Shown: positions 1-9,866 of the stretch, in pieces
Position numbering within the stretch: position 1 is the first letter of the stretch
How the letters are laid out: each line of letters begins with the position of its first letter
Source of the DNA: Escherichia phage vB_EcoM_JN03
Sequence record: OR885871
Reading direction: 5' to 3' (one strand)
Length of the DNA stretch: 64,000 nt
Notes under the pieces: model-generated
What the model was told of the DNA's origin: nothing
Databases searched by the model: none
What the model saw: only the letters and a program-made list of their open reading frames with translations
Translations under genes and position numbers: made by a program

Positions 1-1655
1 CGGTCACCAATGATTACGCCTTTCATGATGTGAATCTAAAAGGCCAGCAAGCGCAGTTGGAACAGATCAATAATTCCAATGCGATGATCCAGCAACAATC
101 TGCGGATATTCTTGTCCAAGAGAAGGAACGTCTGAATAGCCTGAATTCAGATATCGGCGCAGTGCAGGAACAACTGACAGAGTCCCGTGCTCAAGACTCT
201 AAATTGGAATCAGAATTATCAGATGTTCGAAATAGACTGAATGCCGAAATGAAAGGGGATATCGATGCCATCAATGAAGAGTATGCGGCCAAAATCCAAG
301 CGGTTCAGGATGAGGCTGATACCAAGGCTGAAGACTATGAGCGTATCGAGGTGTCTGATGGCGAACGTTCATTACAAGAAATTCGGGAGAGAATGGCGGT
401 AGTCGCGGAACGTAAAAATGATCTGGTCAGCCAACGGAATGCTAACCTGGATGAACTGAACAAAGCATTAGCGCGGCGTCAGCAGGGTGAGAACTTCCGT
501 ATCAAATTCGTAACAGAAATGGAAGGACATGAATCTGCCATCAAACGTTTCCACGATATGGGCACTTGCCCTACGTGTACGCAATTAGTGTCGGACGATA
601 CCAAATCACGCATTGAAAGTCAATATTATCCACAAATCAGTGAACTGACTGACAAGATTCTTCAGGTTGATACAGCCCTAGAAGAAGTGAATTCCCTGAT
701 TGAGAATTACAATGTCAGAGATTCAGAATTATCTTCTCAGATTTCGGTTATTGACAAAGAACTGGATGCTTTGCGCAATGAAATCCGAGAAGCGGAATCA
801 GCGATCGCTACATTAAAACGCGACATCCAAGGATTCTATGATGTCGCTGCTGTTGAGAAAACATCTTTACAGCGGGAACAACAGTCCAAAATTAACGACG
901 TCCTCAAGGCCGTAGACACCCGTTACGAAGATATCACGACGTCAATCCGTCAAGCGCGTGAGCAGCTCTCTAAGAGTATCAACGACACGGCTGATAAACT
1001 CACCAGCCTGAAATCACGCCGTGCCCCTCTGGAGGCATCCATTGCCGATTTAGAGCGTAAATTGGCGGTTAAGCCGACACCAACTGACGCCCTGGAAGGA
1101 GAGATCGCTCGCATCACGGCATTAATGGAAGATCTGAATGCGCGGCGCGTAGAGTTGGATGAGAAATTGCAAGACCTGAACCATCTTCTGTTCTTCCTAA
1201 AAGATGATCAGACCAAGGCTCGAATTATCAGCCTGTATTTGCCTTTCCTCAATAGTAAAATAAACGAGTATCTTGAAGCACTCAATATGTTCTTGGATAT
1301 TGCTGTTGATGATACATTTGAAATCACCATGAGCGCTGCAGGTCGTAAAGGGCAAAGCATCTTCTCGTTATCTACTGGTCAGCGTAGTCGCCTGAACCTG
1401 GCTGTGACATTAGCTTTACGAGATGTTGCAAACCTCAAGGCGTCGGTGCAATGTAACCTGTTTGTGCTAGATGAAATCCTTGAGAACATGAGCGAGCGCG
1501 GCGTACAAGAATCGGTTGAGATGCTGAAGCATAAATTTGGCGGGAACAATCTGTTCGTTATCAGTCAACGCGAGCAGGAATTCCAAGAGTATTTCCAACA
1601 CAACATCCGTTATGGTCTGCGTAATGGCATGACTGAAGTGATTAAGAAGGATTGA
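1..1655 (+). CDS. SbcC/Rad50-like recombination ATPase (T4 gp46-like), 5' end outside window
   Basis: Frame open to window start; long coiled coil; C-terminal signature LSTGQRSRL and Walker B LFVLDE. Confidence 0.6.
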   Translation, partial: VTNDYAFHDVNLKGQQAQLEQINNSNAMIQQQSADILVQEKERLNSLNSDIGAVQEQLTESRAQDSKLESELSDVRNRLNAEMKGDIDAINEEYAAKIQAVQDEADTKAEDYERIEVSDGERSLQEIRERMAVVAERKNDLVSQRNANLDELNKALARRQQGENFRIKFVTEMEGHESAIKRFHDMGTCPTCTQLVSDDTKSRIESQYYPQISELTDKILQVDTALEEVNSLIENYNVRDSELSSQISVIDKELDALRNEIREAESAIATLKRDIQGFYDVAAVEKTSLQREQQSKINDVLKAVDTRYEDITTSIRQAREQLSKSINDTADKLTSLKSRRAPLEASIADLERKLAVKPTPTDALEGEIARITALMEDLNARRVELDEKLQDLNHLLFFLKDDQTKARIISLYLPFLNSKINEYLEALNMFLDIAVDDTFEITMSAAGRKGQSIFSLSTGQRSRLNLAVTLALRDVANLKASVQCNLFVLDEILENMSERGVQESVEMLKHKFGGNNLFVISQREQEFQEYFQHNIRYGLRNGMTEVIKKD

Positions 1656-1657
1656 AC

Positions 1658-1831
1658 ATGAACTGGGATCATCTGTGGTTGGCTATCAGTGTCTTTATGT
1701 TCTTTGATGCGTTGTTGGGAACGTACGAGATGAGTAGGGAGTCCAGAGTCGGGGTGATGGTTTGTTGTTCCCTTATCGGCGTGGTATCCCTTTATTTCGC
1801 TATTGGGTTTGCCGCAGAGATCTTCAAATGA
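1658..1831 (+). CDS. small membrane protein (57 aa, below ORF-track cutoff)
   Basis: ATG 3 nt after upstream stop, RBS AAGAAGGA; two hydrophobic segments; stop overlaps next ATG (ATGA). Confidence 0.4.
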   Translation: MNWDHLWLAISVFMFFDALLGTYEMSRESRVGVMVCCSLIGVVSLYFAIGFAAEIFK

Positions 1832-2157
1832 AAGTTGTCCACTTCAAGAAGGAACCATACGACGTCTACATTGGCCGTCCTGGCAAATGGGGAAACCCGT
1901 TCGAGGTCAAAGACCACGGGCGGGGAAACTGTATTGAGTTGTTTGAAGACGACTTGTATGTGCGCCTGATTGAAGGGGATATCACCGAAGATGAACTCCT
2001 TGAATTAGATGGAAAGACCTTGGGATGCTGGTGTAAGCCGCGCCCATGTCATGGAGATGTTTATGTCAAAGTGATCGGTCGTATTAAACTATTCCGTAAG
2101 TTGGGTAAATCTTTTACTGAATATTTGAGACAAACATATGTCAGAAGAGAAAGATGA
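1828..2157 (+). CDS. DUF4326-like protein
   Basis: YDVYIGRPGKWGNPF and LGCWCKPRPCHGDV motifs; start moved to ATG 1828 coupled to upstream stop. Confidence 0.45.
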   Translation: MKVVHFKKEPYDVYIGRPGKWGNPFEVKDHGRGNCIELFEDDLYVRLIEGDITEDELLELDGKTLGCWCKPRPCHGDVYVKVIGRIKLFRKLGKSFTEYLRQTYVRRER

Positions 2158-2422
2158 AATTCAGATTGCTTGTGATATCGCTGTCGAGTTATGGAATCAG
2201 CGAAACAAACATTATCAGGTGACGTTGACCCCAAAGCGTTATCTAGAGCAAGGTGGCTTAATAGTCGTTGATGCCGTGTTAGGTTTCAACAAATATACTG
2301 ACATGCAAATCTTGGACGGGGATTTCACTATTGCTTCCAATACAGCTTGGGATGATCCTATGGAATTTGTCTACGGTTGGTTGGAATGCATAGAGGAATC
2401 ATACCATCTGATCTACGAATAA
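2138..2422 (+). CDS. hypothetical protein
   Basis: ATG-initiated ORF followed by hairpin terminator. Confidence 0.4.
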   Translation: MSEEKDEIQIACDIAVELWNQRNKHYQVTLTPKRYLEQGGLIVVDAVLGFNKYTDMQILDGDFTIASNTAWDDPMEFVYGWLECIEESYHLIYE

Positions 2423-2427
2423 GGTGA

Positions 2428-2460
2428 AGGGCACTAAATATCACGTGCCCTTTATCTTTT
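2428..2460 (+). terminator. rho-independent terminator
   Basis: Stem AGGGCAC/GTGCCCT followed by TTTATCTTTT. Confidence 0.55.
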
Positions 2461-2519
2461 AACCCTGTCAGGAGGCTCCAGCGAGCTGCAAGTCGACAAA
2501 CCACATAAGGAACGCCATC

Positions 2520-3134
2520 ATGACGATGACAACGTTGAAGGCCATGGCCTTGTCCGTGACCTTTACCATTGCCAGCGGGAATGTGCACGCTTCCCAAAAT
2601 ACAAGTCAATGTGTTTATGATTTCTCTGAGCAACAACTTAATACGCTGGCAACTGCCTATCACATAGGCAAGACGCAAGACCTTGGTTATACTCTGGCCG
2701 CCATATCTTGGCGAGAGAGCCGCGCTGGTGAAGATGTAGTGTCAATGCGATACGGTCTCAAGGCGGCCAACATGGGAGCCTTTCAGAACAAGGTGAAGAC
2801 AGTTGGTGATCGCGAGGGTTGTAAGAATCGCAAGTGCTATGCCAATGTCGCCATCAAGTTGTTGACCGACCAAGAATATGCCGCGCAAGCCGCCCTCGAT
2901 GAGATGCAGTTCTGGCTGACCTATCACAAGCAGAATGTACGCAAGTCTCTTTCCTCTTACAATGCTGGCTTCGCCCGTAATCCCGCATCGAACGCCTATG
3001 CCGCCGACGTCGTGAAGAAAGCTAAATATCTTCAGAAATGTGTGTCCTTCAAAGGGCGTTCCATCTCTGAGGTGGATCCTCAGGTGATCGCCATGAACAA
3101 GCGCACGATAGAGAAACTGAAGAGGACAAGATAA
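2520..3134 (+). CDS. secreted lytic transglycosylase-like protein (SLT domain)
   Basis: N-terminal signal-peptide-like segment; WRESRAG, GAFQ and SYNAG resemble SLT motifs ES / GLMQ / AYNAG. Confidence 0.45.
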   Translation: MTMTTLKAMALSVTFTIASGNVHASQNTSQCVYDFSEQQLNTLATAYHIGKTQDLGYTLAAISWRESRAGEDVVSMRYGLKAANMGAFQNKVKTVGDREGCKNRKCYANVAIKLLTDQEYAAQAALDEMQFWLTYHKQNVRKSLSSYNAGFARNPASNAYAADVVKKAKYLQKCVSFKGRSISEVDPQVIAMNKRTIEKLKRTR

Positions 3135-3772
3135 TGAACATCACTCCATCCCAGACCGGATATGAACATATCTTGGTCTTCATTGCCCTACAGGGTGCGA
3201 AGGAAGGCATCATCGTATCCGAGTATTCAGGTACGGTTCGCCTTGCTGACTACGTCGCGCCGGAGGCATTCATTAAGAAGTGCATTGATGCATGGTGCCT
3301 CTATGCCCTCGGCACGTATCCTGCTCCTCCTGATGGCGAGCTGTTGTTTACCGTACCGACTCCGGCTGCTGGCGATACAGACGCGATCTTTGCCGATATG
3401 CTGGCCAAGGGGTATCTGGTGTATGACATAACTCACGATGTCTATTCCTTCACCTCCCTGAACACTGTGTTTGGGTTCACCATAACCTCTGAAGCCAACA
3501 TCCCTGACTGGGGTATCTTGGCCTGGGGTGTTGACGGCCTGGGCGCAACCTACGCAACGTCTGATGTTGGTCCTGTTCTGATTGATGAGGGTGTAACCAT
3601 GGAGCAGTACCTTGCTCAGTTCCCCCAACACAACATCACGGGTAGCGATATCATTTTGGTCCAGCCTGGCGCTGTTGCCCTCCCCCGCCTCGTGGACGGA
3701 TGGAAGCCTCAGCTGAAGGACATCATTGCAGGGATCAGGTCCCATATTCCTGTGGTGAACCCAACACCGTAA
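3134..3772 (+). CDS. hypothetical protein
   Basis: TAATG coupling to upstream gene; no recognisable motif. Confidence 0.45.
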   Translation: MNITPSQTGYEHILVFIALQGAKEGIIVSEYSGTVRLADYVAPEAFIKKCIDAWCLYALGTYPAPPDGELLFTVPTPAAGDTDAIFADMLAKGYLVYDITHDVYSFTSLNTVFGFTITSEANIPDWGILAWGVDGLGATYATSDVGPVLIDEGVTMEQYLAQFPQHNITGSDIILVQPGAVALPRLVDGWKPQLKDIIAGIRSHIPVVNPTP

Positions 3773-3786
3773 AATAATTCAATAAA

Positions 3787-3806
3787 AGGGGCTTTCGCCC
3801 CTTTAC
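3787..3806 (+). terminator. rho-independent terminator
   Basis: GGGGC-TTTC-GCCCC hairpin then T-run. Confidence 0.55.
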
Positions 3807-3878
3807 TTCTTCAATATCCTTCCCTATACTTCATTCCATAAGCAGTACGACACCAACTTGAAACGAAGGAACTATATT

Positions 3879-4238
3879 ATGGCTATCACCACAAAAACTG
3901 AATTGAACGCGATCCTGAAAGAAGCTGGCTTCGGTAGTATCAAACGCCAGGGCAAGGTTTTACGCGATGGCGGTAAAATCGTAAAGGGTATCATGTTGGG
4001 AAGTACTGGCCCGTTGAGCATCAGCTCCCCTCAGTATGACAATCTTCGTAAACTGGCGCGTGAACTTCTCCAAGAAGACCTCCATATCACGACGCAAGAA
4101 ACCAATTATGTGGTTTTGGAATGCAACAAATTCATCGTCAGCCTTTACATCTGCAGCACCCGCTCATATCCGGTGTCTGAAGGTTATGACCCAATGTATC
4201 TGACCCATTATGCTCAGGTTACTGTCAAAGTAAAATAA
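3879..4238 (+). CDS. hypothetical protein (N-terminus MAITTKTEL)
   Basis: RBS AAGGA 9 nt upstream of ATG 3879; ORF-track start 3858 is TTG. Confidence 0.5.
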   Translation: MAITTKTELNAILKEAGFGSIKRQGKVLRDGGKIVKGIMLGSTGPLSISSPQYDNLRKLARELLQEDLHITTQETNYVVLECNKFIVSLYICSTRSYPVSEGYDPMYLTHYAQVTVKVK

Positions 4239-4322
4239 TCAAATTCAACGGGGGGCTTCGGCTCCTCTTTTGTTTTCGCTAATTAAGGAAAACCGCACCG
4301 ATTTATTATCAGGAGAATTACA

Positions 4323-6710
4323 ATGGCCATCCCATCTTTCTTGAACTTTCTTGAAGAGTCTAAACAATTAGACGAAGCGTTTAACTCATCCCCGTATGAA
4401 TTGACATTCGGCAAGAAGAACGCTGGTGACATTTTCTTCACATTTGTTGATGAAGACGAAAAAGAATTCCGTATTCAATTCTATACCCCACAAGGTCTAG
4501 GCAAGAATGTTCGCCAAGTCTTTATCGGTCAGAAGCGTGGTTCCACATATCCCGATGCCATCGGTCGTTTCAAGAATCCAATGCGTGTTATCGCATCCAT
4601 GATTGAAGCAACAAAGCAATTCATGGCGACGCCTTTGGGGAAAACCATTGACGGCTTTGCAATTAACTTCTCCAAGAAAGCATTGGAGCGTGGTGTTACC
4701 CTCCTGCCGAAGATTATCCGTCAGTCCGGCCTGAAGCAAAAGCTCAATGTCATGGACCTGACGTATACCCCTATCCCTGATCGTGCATTCGTATGGGTTG
4801 TGCGTAAAGGCAAGGATCCTGCTCAGGTATTCGATGGTCCGAAAATGAAAGGTGTCACATGGGATGATCCGGACAAAGTCGGTGACGTCCCGGTTCAGAA
4901 CAATACTCCGGATGTGGGAGTTGTGGCTGGTTCTTCTGAAATCGAAGTCAACCGCGATGACAACGGTTGGAAACTCACCAAAGCTAGTCGTACTCAGCCT
5001 ATGCTGGTCTGGTCTGGTAAAGAACGTGGGCGGACTATTACCGCCAATATCGCACCTCACGCGGATATACCTGGGGTGTATGCTGGTAGTATCATGAACG
5101 AGAAACGGATCCGCGCTCAATCTCCAGACGCTATTGTACGCCAACTGGGATTACCGCAGATCCCTGTGAATATTCTGAATGATTTCACCAAGCAGTCGTC
5201 CATCTTCTGGAAAGAGATGACGGGGGATTCTGGAAAAATAGACATGCAGAATTTGCCAAAAACAGGATCTGTGGATGACTTACGAAATCAGGGTTATATT
5301 GCTCGCCTTCTGGGGATTGTAGACACATATGCTCCACAACAGGTCGGTATGTATGCAGGTGAAAAACTAACACGAATCGGCGCGGGCAAATATCGTACTT
5401 CGGGTGGTCTGGACATTCAGGTTTATTTCTGGGGAATTGTCAACGGAAAACTTTCTGTAGAAGTAGTATCAGATTTGTCTGGTCATGACCAACTTATGCT
5501 GGAAGGAGATGTGAAAAACGCCGCTTATGAAATAGTGGGCGCAATCTCCCGTGCAGCCGATTCTCAATTTGCTGGAGAAGTAGAATGCCGTGTGGTTCCG
5601 ATCAATGGTGCCCCATATCCGATTCAAAAAATTTCCCGTTCTCAGGGATATTCTTACGTTGATTGTGGTTCTTTCACATTGAAGATCGCTGACGCTCTGC
5701 TGAATCGGTTTACCTTGGGCAAGGCGGTCAAACTTGATCTGATGAAAGAGTTTCCTCGTACAACATTCAAAGTCCGCTATGATTGGCGTGGAAAAGATAC
5801 TCTGTTGGTTCAATCTTCCGACGAGCGTACTATCTTTGGTGAAATCAACACCAATTCCAGTGAAAATGCAGTGATCACTGCAAACATCAAAGTGCCAAGC
5901 AATGCTAAATTTTTTGGTGAAACCGTTCATGGCTTCTCTGTAGCGTGGGATTTCCAGTTCCCTGCTGGTAGCAAGTTGCAAGCCGCAAGATTCGTTACCA
6001 ACGTAACTTACGATTTTGATCGAAACAAAGCCAACATCACCACCATGTTGGCTGAAAATGGTCGAAATGTAGTAGACAGCAATGGATATGATATTTCGTT
6101 GTCTGTCAAATCAGTGCAAGATGCATTGGATGAGATTTCTCGACGCCTGAAAGACGCGGCTTCGCAACTGAGCCACCTCAGTTCATCAAACTATAACCCT
6201 AACAATCTATTCCTGAATGACATCACTGTCAGTAAATTTGGCGCAATTATGTTCCAAGACAAAGATTTGGCACAGTCCAGGAACCGCACGGCAGTCATTG
6301 ATGCTCTGGCTCGGGCTAAAGATCAGGCTGCTGGAGGTAAGAATGCAGGTGATCTGGCCACCTATGCCGAATCCATTCGTGACAGCGCTCCTAATGGACG
6401 AGATCTGGATTGGCAGGTATACACAGCCAGTAATGGTACAGTTCTGAATGTTGCTTGGGATATCACTTTCCGTCGCAATACGACCGAAGGAGCATATCGT
6501 GAATTCAAGGATCAGATCAACCGTGCCAACCAATACCTGCAAACGGTATACAACGACGCGAAATCTAAAGGCTATAATCCTACCGTGCCAAATCTCATGA
6601 CTCTTGAACGCGCTCGCCAATCCGACGAATGGGCTATGAGTAATGGCGATAGTGCATACAGTGAATATGAACAATCGCTGGGCGGTAATCTTCAGATTAG
6701 TCTGAAATAA
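4323..6710 (+). CDS. large hypothetical protein (795 aa)
   Basis: Long ORF with RBS AGGAGA; no catalytic motif recognised. Confidence 0.55.
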   Translation: MAIPSFLNFLEESKQLDEAFNSSPYELTFGKKNAGDIFFTFVDEDEKEFRIQFYTPQGLGKNVRQVFIGQKRGSTYPDAIGRFKNPMRVIASMIEATKQFMATPLGKTIDGFAINFSKKALERGVTLLPKIIRQSGLKQKLNVMDLTYTPIPDRAFVWVVRKGKDPAQVFDGPKMKGVTWDDPDKVGDVPVQNNTPDVGVVAGSSEIEVNRDDNGWKLTKASRTQPMLVWSGKERGRTITANIAPHADIPGVYAGSIMNEKRIRAQSPDAIVRQLGLPQIPVNILNDFTKQSSIFWKEMTGDSGKIDMQNLPKTGSVDDLRNQGYIARLLGIVDTYAPQQVGMYAGEKLTRIGAGKYRTSGGLDIQVYFWGIVNGKLSVEVVSDLSGHDQLMLEGDVKNAAYEIVGAISRAADSQFAGEVECRVVPINGAPYPIQKISRSQGYSYVDCGSFTLKIADALLNRFTLGKAVKLDLMKEFPRTTFKVRYDWRGKDTLLVQSSDERTIFGEINTNSSENAVITANIKVPSNAKFFGETVHGFSVAWDFQFPAGSKLQAARFVTNVTYDFDRNKANITTMLAENGRNVVDSNGYDISLSVKSVQDALDEISRRLKDAASQLSHLSSSNYNPNNLFLNDITVSKFGAIMFQDKDLAQSRNRTAVIDALARAKDQAAGGKNAGDLATYAESIRDSAPNGRDLDWQVYTASNGTVLNVAWDITFRRNTTEGAYREFKDQINRANQYLQTVYNDAKSKGYNPTVPNLMTLERARQSDEWAMSNGDSAYSEYEQSLGGNLQISLK

Positions 6711-6761
6711 GTCATAGCCCCTTCGGGGGCTAAATACATCAAAATCCTTAGGAGATCCACG

Positions 6762-7307
6762 ATGAAACCGTTTATCGAATATTTTAAAGAACAAGCTCAA
6801 CAACCGCAAACACATGGCGGCATACAAGGCAAAAGTGTAACCATCACCAAACAGGCCGACGGAACCCAATGGTGTACTGGTGCCACCGTAACCCAGATCA
6901 CTCCAGATAATCAGGCCGACATCTATAATCTGGAATTGACTAATGGCAACACCATCAAAGTGAAGCTAACTCCAGACCAGACCCACGGCATTACCCAAGG
7001 CCAAGAAGTCGTTGCCGTCCATGATGGGTTTGAATTCTTCTTCGGCAAGTCGGCTGACAAAGGTCAGGTTACTGAAACGGAAGGCTGGCGTTTCGTCGGT
7101 GACCGTGGCGCTCATATTCTGATGTATGACGCAAAAGTTGGCGGTGCCTCCACTATCCTTCGCAGTCCAACAGATCGAACCAAATTTGTTGGTGGTCTCA
7201 TCAACGGCAGAAAAATTTTGGGTAATTCCCCAGAAGAACTGGCGGCAAAATTAGGTCTTCCAAAAATTCCTGATAATTTATTAAAATCATTTTTTGGTAA
7301 AAAGTGA
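6762..7307 (+). CDS. hypothetical protein, C-terminal motif shared with upstream 795-aa protein
   Basis: RBS GGAGA; C-terminus SPEELAAKLGLPKIPDNLLKSF. Confidence 0.5.
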   Translation: MKPFIEYFKEQAQQPQTHGGIQGKSVTITKQADGTQWCTGATVTQITPDNQADIYNLELTNGNTIKVKLTPDQTHGITQGQEVVAVHDGFEFFFGKSADKGQVTETEGWRFVGDRGAHILMYDAKVGGASTILRSPTDRTKFVGGLINGRKILGNSPEELAAKLGLPKIPDNLLKSFFGKK

Positions 7308-7321
7308 TTACAAAATACAAT

Positions 7322-7349
7322 CCCCCTAAATACAGGGGGATTTTCTTTT
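7322..7349 (+). terminator. rho-independent terminator
   Basis: CCCCCT-loop-AGGGGG then ATTTTCTTTT. Confidence 0.6.
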
Positions 7350-7362
7350 AGGGGTAAATATC

Positions 7363-7716
7363 ATGGTCAATGCGAGTATATTCATCAACCGTGGACTGCT
7401 TGCTATAGCCCACTCTCATGCCCTCCACTTCGTTACAACGTCCTATGCCAAGCACAAGGCGCTCGGGGAGTTCTACGGGGAACTGGAGGACTTGCTGGAC
7501 ACCTTTACGGAAGCGTATATTGGTGCGGGAGGTATATACATTCCAGGATTCGAGAACATCAAATTGTACAATCCTGAACCGATATCGTATATCAACAGCG
7601 TGGTCATCGACGTTAATGGGATCTACAATCAGTGTGATAGTCATCTTCAAAATACGCTTGACGAAATCAAGACTCTGTGCTATCAAACGATTTACAAACT
7701 GAAGCAATTGTCTTAA
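7363..7716 (+). CDS. hypothetical protein
   Basis: ATG ORF after terminator; preferred over antisense ORF 7348-7707. Confidence 0.4.
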   Translation: MVNASIFINRGLLAIAHSHALHFVTTSYAKHKALGEFYGELEDLLDTFTEAYIGAGGIYIPGFENIKLYNPEPISYINSVVIDVNGIYNQCDSHLQNTLDEIKTLCYQTIYKLKQLS

Positions 7717-7779
7717 CTCAATAGAACATCCTTCAGGTTATAATTTTGCCCATTCGTCATCAATAGGATACAGATAACA

Positions 7780-8397
7780 ATGGGCAAAATATTCATACCT
7801 TCGCATTCAGAAGGTTGTCAAATCGCTGCAAAATTTCTACACAAACAAATGAATTGTGGTGCTGTGTTCGTAGAACCAAATTCATTCGATAATCGTGAAT
7901 CCCCTGACGCCATCGGGTTCAGACCTGGGGGTTGTTCTATATTAATGGAAGTTAAAGTCTCCCGCGCCGACTTCCTGACAGACAAAAAGAAACCTCATCG
8001 CATGAATCCTTCCATAGGCATGGGAGCATATCGTTTCTATGTTTGCCCAGCAGATGTTATTAAAATTGAAGACCTCCCTCCCAAATGGGGTTTGTTGTAC
8101 TTCACCCCTAGAAAATCTTTGAAGCCCGTTCACGTTCCGAATATGCAATATTCCTCTTTGTCTTCACCGGAACATTATGCATCATATTTGTCTAAATCTT
8201 TGGGCAAAAGAAGACATACAGATATCCCTCCTTATCTATTAGGGTACAAACAGATGCTGGAAGAATTCGCCCACTTTGAACGCAATCAGGTTGCGGAACA
8301 AAATATTCTGTATGGGGCTTGGCGACAGCTTTGCATAGCTCAAAGTCGCGGGGTGGATTATAATGTGACAGAAGTGTTCCAGAGGCCAAATATCTAA
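7780..8397 (+). CDS. PD-(D/E)xK-type nuclease-like protein
   Basis: Motif PDAIGF...ILMEVK (PD-x12-EVK); stop overlaps primase start. Confidence 0.4.
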   Translation: MGKIFIPSHSEGCQIAAKFLHKQMNCGAVFVEPNSFDNRESPDAIGFRPGGCSILMEVKVSRADFLTDKKKPHRMNPSIGMGAYRFYVCPADVIKIEDLPPKWGLLYFTPRKSLKPVHVPNMQYSSLSSPEHYASYLSKSLGKRRHTDIPPYLLGYKQMLEEFAHFERNQVAEQNILYGAWRQLCIAQSRGVDYNVTEVFQRPNI

Positions 8398-9461
8398 TGA
8401 AATTCTTGGACGAACAATACATCAATTTTCTCGCCCCCCGACTTGATAAATTCAGTTGGGAACGTGTTGGCGCTGTCGCCAAATTTCGTTGCCCATTATG
8501 TGGGGATTCTAAGAAGAGTGCCAACAAGCGTCGTGGTCACTTCTTTTATGATCGTGATGACGATGTGTTTCGTTTCAAGTGCCACAACTGTAATGAAATG
8601 AGCGGTTGGGCGTTTGAATTCTGGTTGAAGAAGTTTGACGAGCGTCTGTATAATGAATACAACCTTGAAAAATTCAGGATCATGGGGGATACCAGTTCCC
8701 GCCCGTTACAAAAACTCAAACCACTACAGCGCCTGACCCAGACAGCACGTATCGGTTCTCAGGTCGCCAAACGGGATGAAGAGCACCTTGGGAATATGAT
8801 ACGCCTTGATCTTCTTGACCGTGATCATATCGCCCGTCGTTATGTTGAAGGCAGGGGTATGCCGGAGAGCACGTTATCTTTGTTGTATTACAGCAGGAAT
8901 TTTCGTCAAGATCTTCTGAGTTTCGAAACGGATGTTGAGAAGCAGAAGAAGATACCCGAAGATGAGCGGCTGGTAATCCCATTCTGGACCCAAGACGGGC
9001 GCATGAAGATAGTTCAGGGGCGCGCATTCGGCGATAACCTTCCTGATGGGGTATTACGGTATGCCACTGTCAAGCCTAAGAACGAAGATACTAAGATCTA
9101 CGGGGAAGAGCGCATCATTTGGAACAAAACAAAGTTGGTAGTAGAAGGTCCAATTGATAGCTTGTTTCTACCCAATTGTCTTGCGACTGCCGATGCCGAC
9201 TTATTAAGTGCTAAGGGAGACATCTATATCCCCGATAACCAATACAGGAACAAACAAGTTTGTGACGGTATACAGAAGATGATAGACAGCGGAGTCAAAG
9301 TCGTTCTGTTTCCACCGGAAATACCGTGGAAGGATATCAATGATATGGTTCACCCCGATAAGGGAAATATCCCGATACGTGATCTGCTTCAGATCATAGC
9401 CAAGAACGTATATCAGGGACTGTCGGCGTCCTTACGATTTTCTGACTTGAGGAAGATATGA
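8397..9461 (+). CDS. DNA primase (T4 gp61-like)
   Basis: Zinc ribbon CPLCGDS...CHNCN and Toprim-like VVEGPIDSLF. Confidence 0.7.
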   Translation: MKFLDEQYINFLAPRLDKFSWERVGAVAKFRCPLCGDSKKSANKRRGHFFYDRDDDVFRFKCHNCNEMSGWAFEFWLKKFDERLYNEYNLEKFRIMGDTSSRPLQKLKPLQRLTQTARIGSQVAKRDEEHLGNMIRLDLLDRDHIARRYVEGRGMPESTLSLLYYSRNFRQDLLSFETDVEKQKKIPEDERLVIPFWTQDGRMKIVQGRAFGDNLPDGVLRYATVKPKNEDTKIYGEERIIWNKTKLVVEGPIDSLFLPNCLATADADLLSAKGDIYIPDNQYRNKQVCDGIQKMIDSGVKVVLFPPEIPWKDINDMVHPDKGNIPIRDLLQIIAKNVYQGLSASLRFSDLRKI

Positions 9462-9667
9462 TGGATTTGAAAGAACTGAATAGTATGGACGATGAAGAGA
9501 TTCTTCGCGGGTATATGCAAGCCCGTGAAGGATATGTCCTATCTGGCTTAGAATCTAAGAGTTTCATCCATGGTTGGAGGAATGGAATGGTGGACTTCGG
9601 CGGTTGTCCTATCACTGAAGAACAAATGGATTTGGCTCGCCAGTATTTGAAAAAGAAGCCGACCTAA
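9458..9667 (+). CDS. hypothetical protein
   Basis: ATGA-coupled to primase. Confidence 0.4.
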   Translation: MMDLKELNSMDDEEILRGYMQAREGYVLSGLESKSFIHGWRNGMVDFGGCPITEEQMDLARQYLKKKPT

Positions 9668-9695
9668 AACTTTTTAACTCAAAAACCTTCTCTCT

Positions 9696-9720
9696 AGGCC
9701 TCATTCTACGAGGCCTTTTA
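9696..9720 (+). terminator. rho-independent terminator
   Basis: AGGCCTC-loop-GAGGCCT then TTTTA. Confidence 0.6.
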
Positions 9721-9866
9721 AAATACTTCAAAAATAATTTAAAAATTTATTGAAAAAGACTTTACTCTTCAATAATCATGCACTATTATAGTTCACATAG
9801 GGCGGTACACAACACCCCGCCGAATGAAAAGTGAAACGACCCAACTACATTATGAGGAATTACATC

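Noticed and set aside
4323-6710. Alt-like ADP-ribosyltransferase assignment for the 795-aa protein
   Set aside because: No R-S-E type ART motif triad could be identified.
7348-7707. 119-aa minus-strand ORF
   Set aside because: Almost fully antisense to the plus-strand ORF 7363-7716, which has a start after a terminator and matches local gene direction.
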